The position numbers and the translations under genes are program-made. The notes beneath the pieces are model-generated. The model was not told the origin of the DNA. It ran no database searches and saw nothing but the letters and a program-made list of their open reading frames with translations. Shown here one piece after another: positions 12,300 through 20,838 of a stretch of 64,000 nt of DNA. Each line of letters opens with the position of its first letter. Positions within the stretch are counted from its first letter, which is position 1. The stretch spans positions 7,185 to 71,184 of the forward strand of contig DATJFD010000076.1 in assembly GCA_035495855.1 (NCBI GenBank), in the 5' to 3' direction. The DNA comes from Candidatus Binatia bacterium (GTDB lineage: Bacteria; Patescibacteriota; Patescibacteriia; SG8-24).

Positions 12300-12312
12300 G
12301 CCGTCCCCGGAT

Positions 12313-14085
12313 ATGACCGTGCGGAGCCTTCTTCGCAGGATCCTTCCTTCGCTCGCCTTCCTGACGGCGGCCTTCCCGGCCTCGGCCCTGCAGGACAAAC
12401 CCGTCCTCGCCATCGAGATACCGACGGTGCATCTTTCGAATCTCACGTCGGAGAGCGGTTCGTACGGCATCCCCTGGCTCGGCGAGTATGTCGCCGGCGT
12501 TTATTCTTACGCCGTCACGGTCGCCGCGGTCATCGCGGGCATCATGCTCGTGATCGCGGGCTTCCAGTACGTCACGGCGGGCGGCGACGCCTCGCGCGTC
12601 AGCAGGGCCAAGGACCGCATCAAGGACGCCGTCATCGGCCTGTTCCTCGTGTTCGGGGCTTATACCGTCCTCGTCAATCTCAATCCCGAGCTCGTCTCCT
12701 TCAGGCCCATCGCGGTGCAGAAGGTCCTCGGCCATCAGATCGAAATGCAGAACCAGTTCGGCGGCGCCGATCCGGCGTCGTTCACGCGGGGTCCTGCTCC
12801 CGGGGTCGCCTCTCCGGAACAACCCGTGCAGACGGGCGCGACGTTCGACAGCGGCGGCAATTCCAAGATCTCGCTCGACGCGACCCTTCCGCCGAACGTC
12901 GATCCGTACGGCAGCAACGTGGTCCGGGAACCCGTGCCGAACGTCCCGCAGGGAGGCGCGCAGGGCGGGAACGTGAACGCGGGCGAGGGCGGAGGGGCGG
13001 CCACGGGCAGCCAGAACGCGCCGCCGGCGACGCCCGGAAGGCTCGTCGACCTCTATGCCCAGGGGAACCCTTACGGCGTGCGCGTGCAGGGCGATGACAC
13101 CAATTTCGCCAGCAAGATGAACAGCATCTGCGTGGACCGGATGAAGGGCGGCGGGAACCTCTCGAAAGAGGAGGTCATGCAGCGCGCCGCCGCCGTCGTA
13201 CGGGTCTGGATCAACGAATCGATGCGGGGCGGTTCGGCGTACGTCCGCAACCCTTCGGGGAACGGCAACGCGGTGCCGGACTGGGGCTTCGTCGTCGCCT
13301 CGAACGCCGGCGACCCCTGCCAGATCGCCGAGGCGTCGGCACGGGGCGCCGACCCGGCGAAGGTAGAGTCCTGCAAGGCCTGCATGAATCCCGTGCTGCA
13401 GTACCAGGTCAACACCACCGGCGCGTGGGGACACGATGCTGCCGTGCAAAAATACAACGAGATGGGCTGCCCGGGGCTGAACTGCCCGGGCGTGCACGCC
13501 GCGCTGCAGCAGGCGTATTCGGTCTGCTATGCGAAGCCCGCCTTCGATGCGCACATCGTCGGCGGCGACTGCACCAATTGGCTGCTGTCCCTCACGCGCT
13601 GCGCGCTTGGCGCAAAGTTCGTCGGCACGGCGTTCACCGCTCCGCAGAAGGCCGACAAGATCTGGACGAACGGGCCTCCCATCACCGTCGGCAAGAACAA
13701 GAAGGTCGTCAATCCGGGCCCGTGGCGCGACGCCATCCAGCCGCTCGGCGGTCCGCAGTTCATGGATTTCTACCATGGCGGCAACGACAGCCTCTGCCAT
13801 TCGTTCATGTACGTGGGCGGCATGGGCCTCAAGACGACCGCCGGCCAGGTCATCTACTGGATCGAGATGGGCGGCGGCGGCGCCTTCGACACCGTCATCA
13901 GGCCCACGAACGCGCAGGAAGGGTTCCAGGCGGTGGCCAACGTGCCCGGTCACGGCGCCAGCATGGGCATCAAGCTGCATTTCATCCCTTCGATCTCCGC
14001 CATGGTCACCGGATGCTTCCTGGGCGACAAATCGAAGTTCTGGTACTACCGGACGATAGACAAATACATGGCGACGCAGAAATAG
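12313..14085 (+). CDS. VirB2/TrbC-like pilin module fused to large Cys-rich putative NlpC/P60-like domain
   Basis: Signal-like N-terminus, then LAIEIPTVHL ... YGIPWLGEYVAGVYSYAVTVAAVIAGIMLVIAGFQYVTAGGDASRVSRAKDRIKDAVIGLFLVFGAYTVLVNLNPELVSF. C-domain has GGDCTNWLLSLTRC and MDFYHGGNDSLCHSFMYVGG, paralleling the Cys/His boxes of the preceding gene. Confidence 0.65.
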   Translation: MTVRSLLRRILPSLAFLTAAFPASALQDKPVLAIEIPTVHLSNLTSESGSYGIPWLGEYVAGVYSYAVTVAAVIAGIMLVIAGFQYVTAGGDASRVSRAKDRIKDAVIGLFLVFGAYTVLVNLNPELVSFRPIAVQKVLGHQIEMQNQFGGADPASFTRGPAPGVASPEQPVQTGATFDSGGNSKISLDATLPPNVDPYGSNVVREPVPNVPQGGAQGGNVNAGEGGGAATGSQNAPPATPGRLVDLYAQGNPYGVRVQGDDTNFASKMNSICVDRMKGGGNLSKEEVMQRAAAVVRVWINESMRGGSAYVRNPSGNGNAVPDWGFVVASNAGDPCQIAEASARGADPAKVESCKACMNPVLQYQVNTTGAWGHDAAVQKYNEMGCPGLNCPGVHAALQQAYSVCYAKPAFDAHIVGGDCTNWLLSLTRCALGAKFVGTAFTAPQKADKIWTNGPPITVGKNKKVVNPGPWRDAIQPLGGPQFMDFYHGGNDSLCHSFMYVGGMGLKTTAGQVIYWIEMGGGGAFDTVIRPTNAQEGFQAVANVPGHGASMGIKLHFIPSISAMVTGCFLGDKSKFWYYRTIDKYMATQK

Positions 14086-14126
14086 GCATTGCGGCCATTC
14101 CTGCGCCGTGCCACAGTCCATGCGTT

Positions 14127-15500
14127 ATGAAGACCCCCGCGACCGTCTACACGTGCAGTGAATGCGACGCCCAGAGCCCGAAGTGGACCGGCCAATGCCT
14201 CGAGTGCGGGGCCTGGGGCTCGATGGGCGCGGCGCCCGCCGCCCGACGCTCCCCCGCCGCCGCGGCAGCGCGCCCGGCCAAGACCCTCGCCTTCGGCGAG
14301 CTCGCTTCCGAGAAGGAGCGCCGCCTGCCGACCGGCATTGCCGAAGCCGACCGCGTGTTCGGCGGCGGCATCGTGCCCGGTTCGGTCACGCTCCTGGGCG
14401 GCGAGCCCGGCATCGGCAAATCGACGCTCGCCATGATCATCGCCTCGCGGCTCGCGGGCGGCGGCCGCAGGACGCTCTATTGCTCCGGCGAGGAATCGGC
14501 GAGCCAGGTGAAGATGCGCGCCGACCGGCTGGCGCTCGCGCAGCAGGGCCTGTTCTTCCTGAGCGAGACCGACGTGGCGACGCTCATCGCCACGCTCGAG
14601 GCCGAGAAGCCGGCGTTCGCGGTCATCGACTCCGTGCAGATGCTCCGCTCCGACGACATTCCGGCCGAGGCCGGCGCCGTCGGCCAGGTGCGCGCGGCCG
14701 CGGCGCGGCTCGTGGGCTTCGCCAAGGCCTCCGGCATCCCGGTTCTGCTCATCGGCCACGTCACCAAGGACGGCATGGTCGCGGGCCCCAAGACCCTCGA
14801 GCATCTCGTGGACACCGTGCTGTCCTTCGAAGGCGAGCGCACGCATCCGCTCCGGACGCTGCGCGCCCTCAAGAACCGCTTCGGCTCCACCGACGAGACC
14901 GGCATCTTCGAGATGCGGGACGAGGGACTGGCAGAGATCAAGAACCCGTCCGCGTACCTCCTCGAGGCGCGCCAGGAAGGCGTTCCGGGCTCGGCGGTGT
15001 CGTGCATCATGGAAGGCAGCCGGCCGGTGCTCGTGGAAGTGCAGGCGCTCGTCCAGAAGTCCCCCTTTGGCTATCCGGCGCGGAAGTCCTCGGGCATCGA
15101 CCAGTCGCGCATCGACATGCTGCTCGCGGTCCTCGCGCGGCGCGCGGGGCTCGACTTCGGCCAGCACGACGTCTTCGTGAACGTGGTCGGCGGGCTCAAG
15201 ATCAAGGAACCCGCGGCCGACCTGGCCGTGGCGCTGGCGCTCGCGTCCGCCCTGCGGCACGCGCCGCTCCCTCCGCGCTTCGCCGCCTGGGGCGAGATCG
15301 GGCTCGGCGGCGAGCTCCGCCCCGCTCCCGGCCATGACCGCCGCGCCGCCGAAGCCGCGGCGCTCGGCATCGTCCGCGCCGCCGCGCCGGTCCCCCGCTC
15401 CGCGGGCAAGAAAGCGGCCGGCATCACCATCATCGACGTCAGGAACGTGAAAGACGCCGTCGCCGCGGCGCAAGCCCCCGCTCCGCGACAGGTCGCCTGA
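14127..15500 (+). CDS. radA: DNA repair protein RadA/Sms
   Basis: Start re-picked at MKTPATVYTCSECDAQSPKWTGQCLECGAWGSM (zinc finger). Walker A GGEPGIGKST, the KNRFG motif (LRALKNRFGSTDE) and a Lon-like C-terminal domain are present. The track ORF (13425..) carries a spurious N-terminal extension overlapping the previous gene. Confidence 0.9.
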   Translation: MKTPATVYTCSECDAQSPKWTGQCLECGAWGSMGAAPAARRSPAAAAARPAKTLAFGELASEKERRLPTGIAEADRVFGGGIVPGSVTLLGGEPGIGKSTLAMIIASRLAGGGRRTLYCSGEESASQVKMRADRLALAQQGLFFLSETDVATLIATLEAEKPAFAVIDSVQMLRSDDIPAEAGAVGQVRAAAARLVGFAKASGIPVLLIGHVTKDGMVAGPKTLEHLVDTVLSFEGERTHPLRTLRALKNRFGSTDETGIFEMRDEGLAEIKNPSAYLLEARQEGVPGSAVSCIMEGSRPVLVEVQALVQKSPFGYPARKSSGIDQSRIDMLLAVLARRAGLDFGQHDVFVNVVGGLKIKEPAADLAVALALASALRHAPLPPRFAAWGEIGLGGELRPAPGHDRRAAEAAALGIVRAAAPVPRSAGKKAAGITIIDVRNVKDAVAAAQAPAPRQVA

Positions 15501-15523
15501 ACGGAACATATAGAGTAAAAGAA

Positions 15524-15560
15524 AGACCGGCCGAGAAGCATCTCGGCCGGTTTCGTTTTT
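15524..15560. terminator. bidirectional rho-independent terminator
   Basis: AAAGACCGGCCGAGA agca TCTCGGCCGGTTTCGTTTTT, between convergent radA (+) and the 15578..15994 gene (-). Confidence 0.7.
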
Positions 15561-15577
15561 CACGCGATGGTGCGCGA

Positions 15578-15994
15578 TCAGGCGCGGGAACGGCGGGACT
15601 TGCCGTTGGGCGCGGGCGGAGAGGACCGCTCGTCCTCTCCCGCGTCGATGTCGACGTTCAGCTTGGCGCCGATCTCGTTCGCGACCGCGGTCACCGCGCC
15701 CTTCTTGCGCGGATCGTCGAGGCCGTCGCGGTACTTCCTGAGCACCGTCCCCACCAGCTTCCCGAAGTCGCGGGTCGAGACGACCTTGGCGAACTTGATC
15801 TCGAAGGCCCTGGCCTCGAAGTTCGCGCCGCGGGAGAGGAGGAAGGCGGAACAGAGGTTCCGGGCCGCCGCATAGGCGTGCTTGTCGCGCCTGACGCAGC
15901 TGTCATGCGCGGCCTGGCCGGCGTGTTCGATGCGGTCGCTCGCGGCGGGGGCGACGAGAATGTGGCAGAAAGGGCAGTAATCGTTCCTGTTCAT
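15578..15994 (-). CDS. hypothetical protein (N-terminal Cys/His cluster, basic C-terminus)
   Basis: Start re-picked at MNRNDYCPFCHILV (ATG 15994). 138 aa with no recognisable family. G/C-biased third positions support coding. Confidence 0.45.
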   Translation of the reverse strand: MNRNDYCPFCHILVAPAASDRIEHAGQAAHDSCVRRDKHAYAAARNLCSAFLLSRGANFEARAFEIKFAKVVSTRDFGKLVGTVLRKYRDGLDDPRKKGAVTAVANEIGAKLNVDIDAGEDERSSPPAPNGKSRRSRA

Positions 15995-16130
15995 GCGTTG
16001 GCTCCTGTATCGGTGGTCGAAGGGACGGATCCCGGATATTCGGCCGAAGTTGGCCCTTTTCCGGCTTGTGCGACTGCACAAGGCCGCACCTTATCACGGG
16101 CGCGGTTCCGGGTCAACGGGACGTTTTTTG

Positions 16131-16203
16131 CGTTTTCCGTTTTCCGTTTACCGTTTTCAGCGCGGTCCGAAAACCAAAAACGGTAAACGGAAAACGGAAA
16201 ACC
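16131..16203. repeat. heptamer-periodic inverted repeat (CGTTTTC word family), near-perfect hairpin
   Basis: Left arm CGTTTTC CGTTTTC CGTTTAC CGTTTTC (16131-16158). Right arm AAAAACG GTAAACG GAAAACG GAAAACC (to 16203) is complementary at about 26 of 28 positions. It abuts the recG stop (TAG, 16203-16205). Confidence 0.8.
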
Positions 16204-18296
16204 TACTCCAAATGCGCGTCCTCGATCTCCGCCGCCAGAAAGGCCCGGAGCGCGGGGTGGCGGGCGAGGTCGGGATCGCCGTCGAGCAGCGTCGCGGCGG
16301 CGTCCCTGGCCGCGGCGATGAGGTCGAGGTCGGCGAGCGAGGCCATCGCCAGCGCCGGCCGTCCCGACTGGGCGACGCCGAGCAGGTCGCCGGGGCCGCG
16401 CAGCTCGAGGTCCTTTTCGGCCAATGCGAAGCCGTCGGCGTGGGTCGTCATCGCAGAAAGGCGCTCGTCGACGGCAGGCGACGGCGCGCTCGGCAGCAGG
16501 AAGCAGACCGAACGGTGCGCTCCGCGCCCGACGCGGCCGCGGAACTGGTGCAGCTGCGACAGGCCGAAACGCTCCGCTCCTTCGATGCACATGACGGTGG
16601 CGTTGGGCACGTCGACGCCCACTTCGACGACCGAGGTCGAGACGAGCACGGAGACCTTGCCGTCGACGAGGTCGGCCATGACCCGCTCCTTCTCGTCGGC
16701 GGGCATCTTGCCGTGCAGCATGGCCATGGCGATGCCGGGGAACTCGTCCTTGCGCAGGCGCTCGTACGCCTCCGCGACCGATTCGACGCCGAGCGTGTCG
16801 GACGGGTCGATGAGCGGGCAGATGACGAACGCCTGGCGGCCGGCGGCGACCTCCTCACGGATGCGGGCGTAGGCCTGCGCTTTGGCGCGCGGACCGAGCA
16901 CGAAGGTCGCGATCTCCTGCCGGCCCTTCGGCTTCTCGCGCAGGATGGAAAGGTCGAGGTCGCCGAACGCGGTCAGCGCGAGGGAACGCGGGATGGGCGT
17001 CGCGGTCATGGACAGGAGATGCGGCTCGACGCCGGGAATGCCGCTCTTGGTGCACAGCAGCTGGCGCGTGCGCACGCCGAAGCGGTGCTGCTCGTCGATG
17101 GCCGCGAAGGCGAGCGACGAGAAACGCAATTTCTCCTCGACGAGCGCGTGCGTGCCGATGACCGCCGCGACCTCGCCGGCGGCGATGGCGCCGCGCAGCG
17201 CCTCGATCTCCTTCTTGGCGGCGCACTCGATCTCCTTGCCGTCCGCGGCGCTGCGCCGGTAGTTGTTGGTCCAGAGCGCGATGCCGATCCCCTGGCCGGC
17301 GAAGAAGCGCTTGAAGGTCTCGAAATGCTGGCGGGCGAGGATCTCCGTCGGGGCCATGAGCGCGGACTGGAAACCCGCCTTGGCCGCGTTGACCATGGCG
17401 ACCGCGGCGACCGCCGTCTTGCCGCTGCCGACGTCGCCGTCGAGCAGGCGGTGCATCGGCGAATCCTTGGCCATGTCCTTGAGCGCCGCCCAGGCCGCCT
17501 TGCGCTGGTCGTCGGTGAGCGTGAAGGGCAGCGAACGGACGAACGCCTTGGTCCCCTCTTCGTCGAACGGCACGCGCACGGCGCGCTTGGCCCCGCGCAG
17601 CCGCTTGGTGCGACCGATGGACAGCTGCAGCGCCAGGACCTCGTCGAAAGCGAGGCGTCGGCGCGCGGCGTCGCGTTCCTCGAGGGTTTCGGGGAAATGC
17701 GCCCCGCGGACCGCCTCGGCCTTGCCAACGAGGCCGTTGGCCTTGCGGAGCGCCGGCGGGAGCGGATCGCTGATGGCGCCGATCGCTTCCTTGCAGGCGG
17801 CCGCGAGCTTGCGCATGGCGAACTGGCTGAGGCCGCCGACGAGCGGATAGACCGGCATGAGAGGCCGGACGAGGCCGTTGCCGCCGCCGATCGGCTCGTA
17901 CAGCGGGTTCGCCAGCCGCACGCCGAACTTGGTCTTCACCGCCTTGCCGGCGAAACGGAACTCGGCCCCGGGCTTCAGCGACTGCGCCAGGTACGGCTGA
18001 TTGAACCAGATGGCGACCATCTCGCCGCTGTCGTCCTCGATGGCGGCCTCGGTGATGGTCAGGCGTCGCCGGAAGCTCTTGCGGTTGCGCGCGGACACGA
18101 TCCTGGCCGCGACCGTGACCTGGCTGCCCGGCTTCACGGACGCGAGCGGCAGATGCGAGGTGAAGTCCTCGTAGCGGTTGGGGTAGCAGGCCAGCAGGTC
18201 GCCGACCGTGGCGACGCCCGCGGCGCGCAACGCCGAAGCCTGGCGTTTCAGGACGCCCTTGAGCTCGGCGATCGGGGTGGCGAGGTTCGGAGCCAT
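16203..18296 (-). CDS. recG: ATP-dependent DNA helicase RecG
   Basis: OB-fold wedge N-terminus. Helicase motifs GDVGSGKT, DEQHRFGV, TATPIPRSL and QLHQFRGRVGRG. ATG at 18296; the track start at 18299 is a TTG one codon upstream. Confidence 0.9.
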   Translation of the reverse strand: MAPNLATPIAELKGVLKRQASALRAAGVATVGDLLACYPNRYEDFTSHLPLASVKPGSQVTVAARIVSARNRKSFRRRLTITEAAIEDDSGEMVAIWFNQPYLAQSLKPGAEFRFAGKAVKTKFGVRLANPLYEPIGGGNGLVRPLMPVYPLVGGLSQFAMRKLAAACKEAIGAISDPLPPALRKANGLVGKAEAVRGAHFPETLEERDAARRRLAFDEVLALQLSIGRTKRLRGAKRAVRVPFDEEGTKAFVRSLPFTLTDDQRKAAWAALKDMAKDSPMHRLLDGDVGSGKTAVAAVAMVNAAKAGFQSALMAPTEILARQHFETFKRFFAGQGIGIALWTNNYRRSAADGKEIECAAKKEIEALRGAIAAGEVAAVIGTHALVEEKLRFSSLAFAAIDEQHRFGVRTRQLLCTKSGIPGVEPHLLSMTATPIPRSLALTAFGDLDLSILREKPKGRQEIATFVLGPRAKAQAYARIREEVAAGRQAFVICPLIDPSDTLGVESVAEAYERLRKDEFPGIAMAMLHGKMPADEKERVMADLVDGKVSVLVSTSVVEVGVDVPNATVMCIEGAERFGLSQLHQFRGRVGRGAHRSVCFLLPSAPSPAVDERLSAMTTHADGFALAEKDLELRGPGDLLGVAQSGRPALAMASLADLDLIAAARDAAATLLDGDPDLARHPALRAFLAAEIEDAHLE

Positions 18297-18297
18297 C

Positions 18298-18368
18298 AAA
18301 AAAGTGGAAAAGCGGGAAAGCGCGAGAGCGGGTGGCCGCTCTACCGCTCTTCCACTTTTCCACTTTGT
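18298..18368. repeat. 8-nt-periodic inverted repeat (AAAGTGG/AAAGCGG word family)
   Basis: Left arm AAAAGTGG AAAAGCGG GAAAGCGC GAGAGCGG. Right arm CCGCTCTACCGCTCTTCCACTTTTCCACTTT. Lies between the tRNA-Arg 3' end and the recG start. Confidence 0.65.
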
Positions 18369-18379
18369 CGCTTTTTTTG

Positions 18380-18456
18380 TGGTGCGTCCGAGACGATTCG
18401 AACGTCTGACCTCAGCCTTCGCAGGGCTGCGCTCTATCCAACTGAGCTACGGACGC
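18380..18456 (-). tRNA. tRNA-Arg (anticodon GCG)
   Basis: Reverse complement is GCGTCCGTAGCTCAGTTGGATAGAGCGCAGCCCTGCGAAGGCTGAGGTCAGACGTTCGAATCGTCTCGGACGCACCA. It folds as a cloverleaf with a 7-bp acceptor stem GCGTCCG/CGGACGC, anticodon loop CU-GCG-AA, T-loop TTCGAAT and an encoded CCA. Confidence 0.9.
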
Positions 18457-18493
18457 ATGGGTTGTGACGGGGACGAGGCGCCCCGCGCCCGCG

Positions 18494-19021
18494 TCAGATC
18501 TTCAGCACCCTCCCGATGAAATCCGAGAACGGTTCGTCGTCCTCGTTGAAATCCTCGCGCACGAAGTTGGCGAGGACCTGGCGCACCTGGTTCGGGTTCA
18601 TGGACCCCATGTCCACGGTGACGCGCGGACGCAGGGTGTTCTTGAACTCGAAATAGAGAGCGCGGACCGCGGGCGGTTCGTAGATGAACCAGAAACGGCT
18701 GATGTCCCGGTACATGTAGAACGCGTTCCCGATGCGGATGCCCGTATCGGTGATCGCGAACCTGATCTGCTTCGGCTCGGACACGGACGCGAGGTACGTG
18801 ACGAGCGCGAACATGATGATGATCAGCGCGAAGAGAAAATTAGCAGAGACCACCGAGTAAATCAAGAGCCCTCCTCCCAGGAGCCCCATGGTGACGTACC
18901 AGGCCCTGCCCCGCTCGTATTTGGGGTATTCCAGGATGTTCCAGGCGACGTATTCGTTCGAATAATCGCCGACGGGGACCTCGTCCTCGAGGTCCAATTG
19001 TTCGATCATGGCGTCCGCCAT
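18494..19021 (-). CDS. hypothetical membrane protein (two TM helices)
   Basis: Start re-picked at MADAMIEQLDLEDEV (ATG 19021). Has the hydrophobic hairpin WYVTMGLLGGGLLIYSVVSANFLFALIIIMFALVTYL followed by a soluble beta-rich domain. Confidence 0.55.
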   Translation of the reverse strand: MADAMIEQLDLEDEVPVGDYSNEYVAWNILEYPKYERGRAWYVTMGLLGGGLLIYSVVSANFLFALIIIMFALVTYLASVSEPKQIRFAITDTGIRIGNAFYMYRDISRFWFIYEPPAVRALYFEFKNTLRPRVTVDMGSMNPNQVRQVLANFVREDFNEDDEPFSDFIGRVLKI

Positions 19022-19172
19022 AAGGCTGGCTTGAGGGGTTCTCTCCCCCTCTTTATACACGGAAAACGCCGTGCGCGCCAGTTGTCCGGATAAGGCGGAA
19101 AGAGCGTTGACAAAGCCAATTCCGCGTGCTAAAGCTACCCGTTCCTTTCCGCTCTTTTTCCGGAGGTGCCAT

Positions 19173-19889
19173 GTGAGCGAACCCTTGAGCCGGCAGGACA
19201 GGCTGGAGAAGATCAACGGCATCCTGGCCGAATACCGCCTTCCGCCGTGGAAGGACGCCCGCCTCGGCGACCCCGCCGAGGGCCAATGCGAGGTCCTGGA
19301 CCTCGCCGACCTGCAGGAACTGGGCGATCGGCGCATCGCGCTGACGCTCAGGGTGCGAGACCCGCTCGGCGAAGAACGGCGCGTCACCGTCAATGTCGGG
19401 GGCGCGCTCGTCTACGTCGTGCCGCTCCTCAACCTGCTCGACGGGGAGGACGCCGGCAACGGGCCGATGTGCTGCTTCGTGAAACGCTGGCGCATCGAGC
19501 ACGGCGAGTTCTCCTACGAACTGCCGCACGCGCTCGTCCCCGAGGGCTCGCTCGGCGGCACGCTGGACCCGATGGACTCGCCCAGCCACCGCGTGCTCGC
19601 GGCGGCGTTCGGACCGGAGTCCGTCGACGCGCTCACCGCCGCGAAGATCGTCCCCGTCGGGACGTTCCGGGTGAAAGGCGAAGCGCGTCCCGCCGAAGCC
19701 TACATCCTCGCCGCGACGGTGCTGAAACCGTTCATGCGCAGGAAGGGCGACGGCGCGGTCGTGAAGCTGGCCTGGCCGAAGGTCGCGCCGCTCGTCGAGA
19801 GCGGCAAGCACGTCACCGAACCGGTGTCCGCGGCCGCGCTCCATCTCGCGCTGCGCATGTACCCTCCGCAGAAGAAGAACGAACGATAA
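19173..19889 (+). CDS. hypothetical protein
   Basis: GTG at 19173, preceded by GGAGG (19162-19166). 238 aa with no family recognised. Confidence 0.45.
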   Translation: MSEPLSRQDRLEKINGILAEYRLPPWKDARLGDPAEGQCEVLDLADLQELGDRRIALTLRVRDPLGEERRVTVNVGGALVYVVPLLNLLDGEDAGNGPMCCFVKRWRIEHGEFSYELPHALVPEGSLGGTLDPMDSPSHRVLAAAFGPESVDALTAAKIVPVGTFRVKGEARPAEAYILAATVLKPFMRRKGDGAVVKLAWPKVAPLVESGKHVTEPVSAAALHLALRMYPPQKKNER

Positions 19890-19891
19890 GG

Positions 19892-19921
19892 ACGGCGGCC
19901 GCTCGGCCGCCGTTTTCTTTT
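19892..19921 (+). terminator. rho-independent terminator
   Basis: ACGGCGGCC gctc GGCCGCCGT TTTCTTTT, immediately after the stop at 19889. Confidence 0.75.
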
Positions 19922-19958
19922 GTGCCGCCGCGACGTGCGCATAAAAAAAGACCCCCGC

Positions 19959-20582
19959 TCAGGGGGTCGGGGGCTCGTAAGGACGCTGCGCCGGTACCTT
20001 CACGATGACCTCGTCGCCTTCGTGGACGAAGCCGGAGCAGTAGACGCTGCCGACGACGCCGCGCAGGCCCGCCGCGGCCTTCGGGAACTTGGCCGCGAGC
20101 CCGGGGATGCCGGGATGCTGCGCCTGGATGGCCTCGCCGGGCGCGGTGCACGGGCCGTTCTCGCGCCAGACGAGCAGGACCGCGGTCCGCTTCGACGCGT
20201 CGTTCTTCTGGAAGAACAGCATGGTGCCCGTCGGCAGTTCGGTGAGCCGCGGGATGCCGCTCAGCACGAGGTTCTCGCCGAGGCTGCCGGGAACGATCGA
20301 CGGGACGCCCATGGCCGCGGCGATCGCCGCCAGGTCCTCGACGGAGACCGCCGAAAACTCGCGCAGGTTGGCGACCTCGATGCCCTTGGGGAGGCCGAAG
20401 CCGAGCAGCTCGCGCTCGCGGACGTCCGCGAGCCGGACGCCGGCATGGCCGTCCCCTTTCACGCCGTGGCCGCGCAGGAACTGCGCCTTGCGCGCGGGGA
20501 AGGACACGGACGTCGCGGGGTCCCTGGAAACGAGGACGGCCTCGACGCGGCCGCGGAGCTCGAAAGGTGCGATGGTGGTCAT
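19959..20582 (-). CDS. MOSC domain-containing protein
   Basis: Start re-picked at MTTIAPFELRG, with AGGAGG 6 nt upstream. Motifs HGVKGDGHAG and LGENLVLSGI are typical of MOSC beta-barrel proteins. A hairpin GACCCCC gctca GGGGGTC (19950-19968), preceded by an A-run, overlaps the stop. Confidence 0.8.
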   Translation of the reverse strand: MTTIAPFELRGRVEAVLVSRDPATSVSFPARKAQFLRGHGVKGDGHAGVRLADVRERELLGFGLPKGIEVANLREFSAVSVEDLAAIAAAMGVPSIVPGSLGENLVLSGIPRLTELPTGTMLFFQKNDASKRTAVLLVWRENGPCTAPGEAIQAQHPGIPGLAAKFPKAAAGLRGVVGSVYCSGFVHEGDEVIVKVPAQRPYEPPTP

Positions 20583-20655
20583 GATGCCTCCTTTGCGACC
20601 GGTCGAAGGGTAGCGCCTACGCAAAATGACGTCCATCGACGTCACGTCGGAAGCC

Positions 20656-20682
20656 TTGCGAAAATCACCGCGAGCGTATAGT
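20656..20682 (+). promoter_or_regulatory. candidate promoter for the tRNA-Ser cluster
   Basis: TTGCGA (20656-20661), a short 15-nt spacer, TATAGT (20677-20682). It sits 17 nt upstream of the tRNA 5' end. Confidence 0.3.
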
Positions 20683-20699
20683 TTATAAGCACTTTAAGG

Positions 20700-20788
20700 G
20701 GAGGGTTGCGCCGAATGGTAAGGCAGCAGTTTGCTAAACTGCGACCTCGAAAGGGGTCTTGTGGGTTCGATCCCCACACCCTCCGCCA
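20700..20788 (+). tRNA. tRNA-Ser (anticodon GCU)
   Basis: GGAGGGTTGCGCCGAATGGTAAGGCAGCAGTTTGCTAAACTGCGACCTCGAAAGGGGTCTTGTGGGTTCGATCCCCACACCCTCCGCCA. Has a long variable arm, anticodon loop UU-GCU-AA, and acceptor GGAGGGT/ACCCTCC with an encoded CCA. Confidence 0.9.
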
Positions 20789-20790
20789 TA

Positions 20791-20830
20791 GCAAATCGGA
20801 CATGGCCCTGTGCCATGTCCGATTTGCTTT
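20791..20830 (+). terminator. long perfect hairpin after tRNA-Ser(GCU), terminator-like
   Basis: GCAAATCGGACATGGC cctgt GCCATGTCCGATTTGC followed by TTT. Confidence 0.45.
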
Positions 20831-20838
20831 GATGCCGA

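Noticed and set aside
13425-14126. N-terminal 234-aa extension of radA in the ORF track.
   Set aside because: It overlaps the 3' part of the fourth pilin-hydrolase gene in another frame and has an Arg-rich nonsense composition. RadA homologues start at the zinc finger (MKTPATVYTCSEC).
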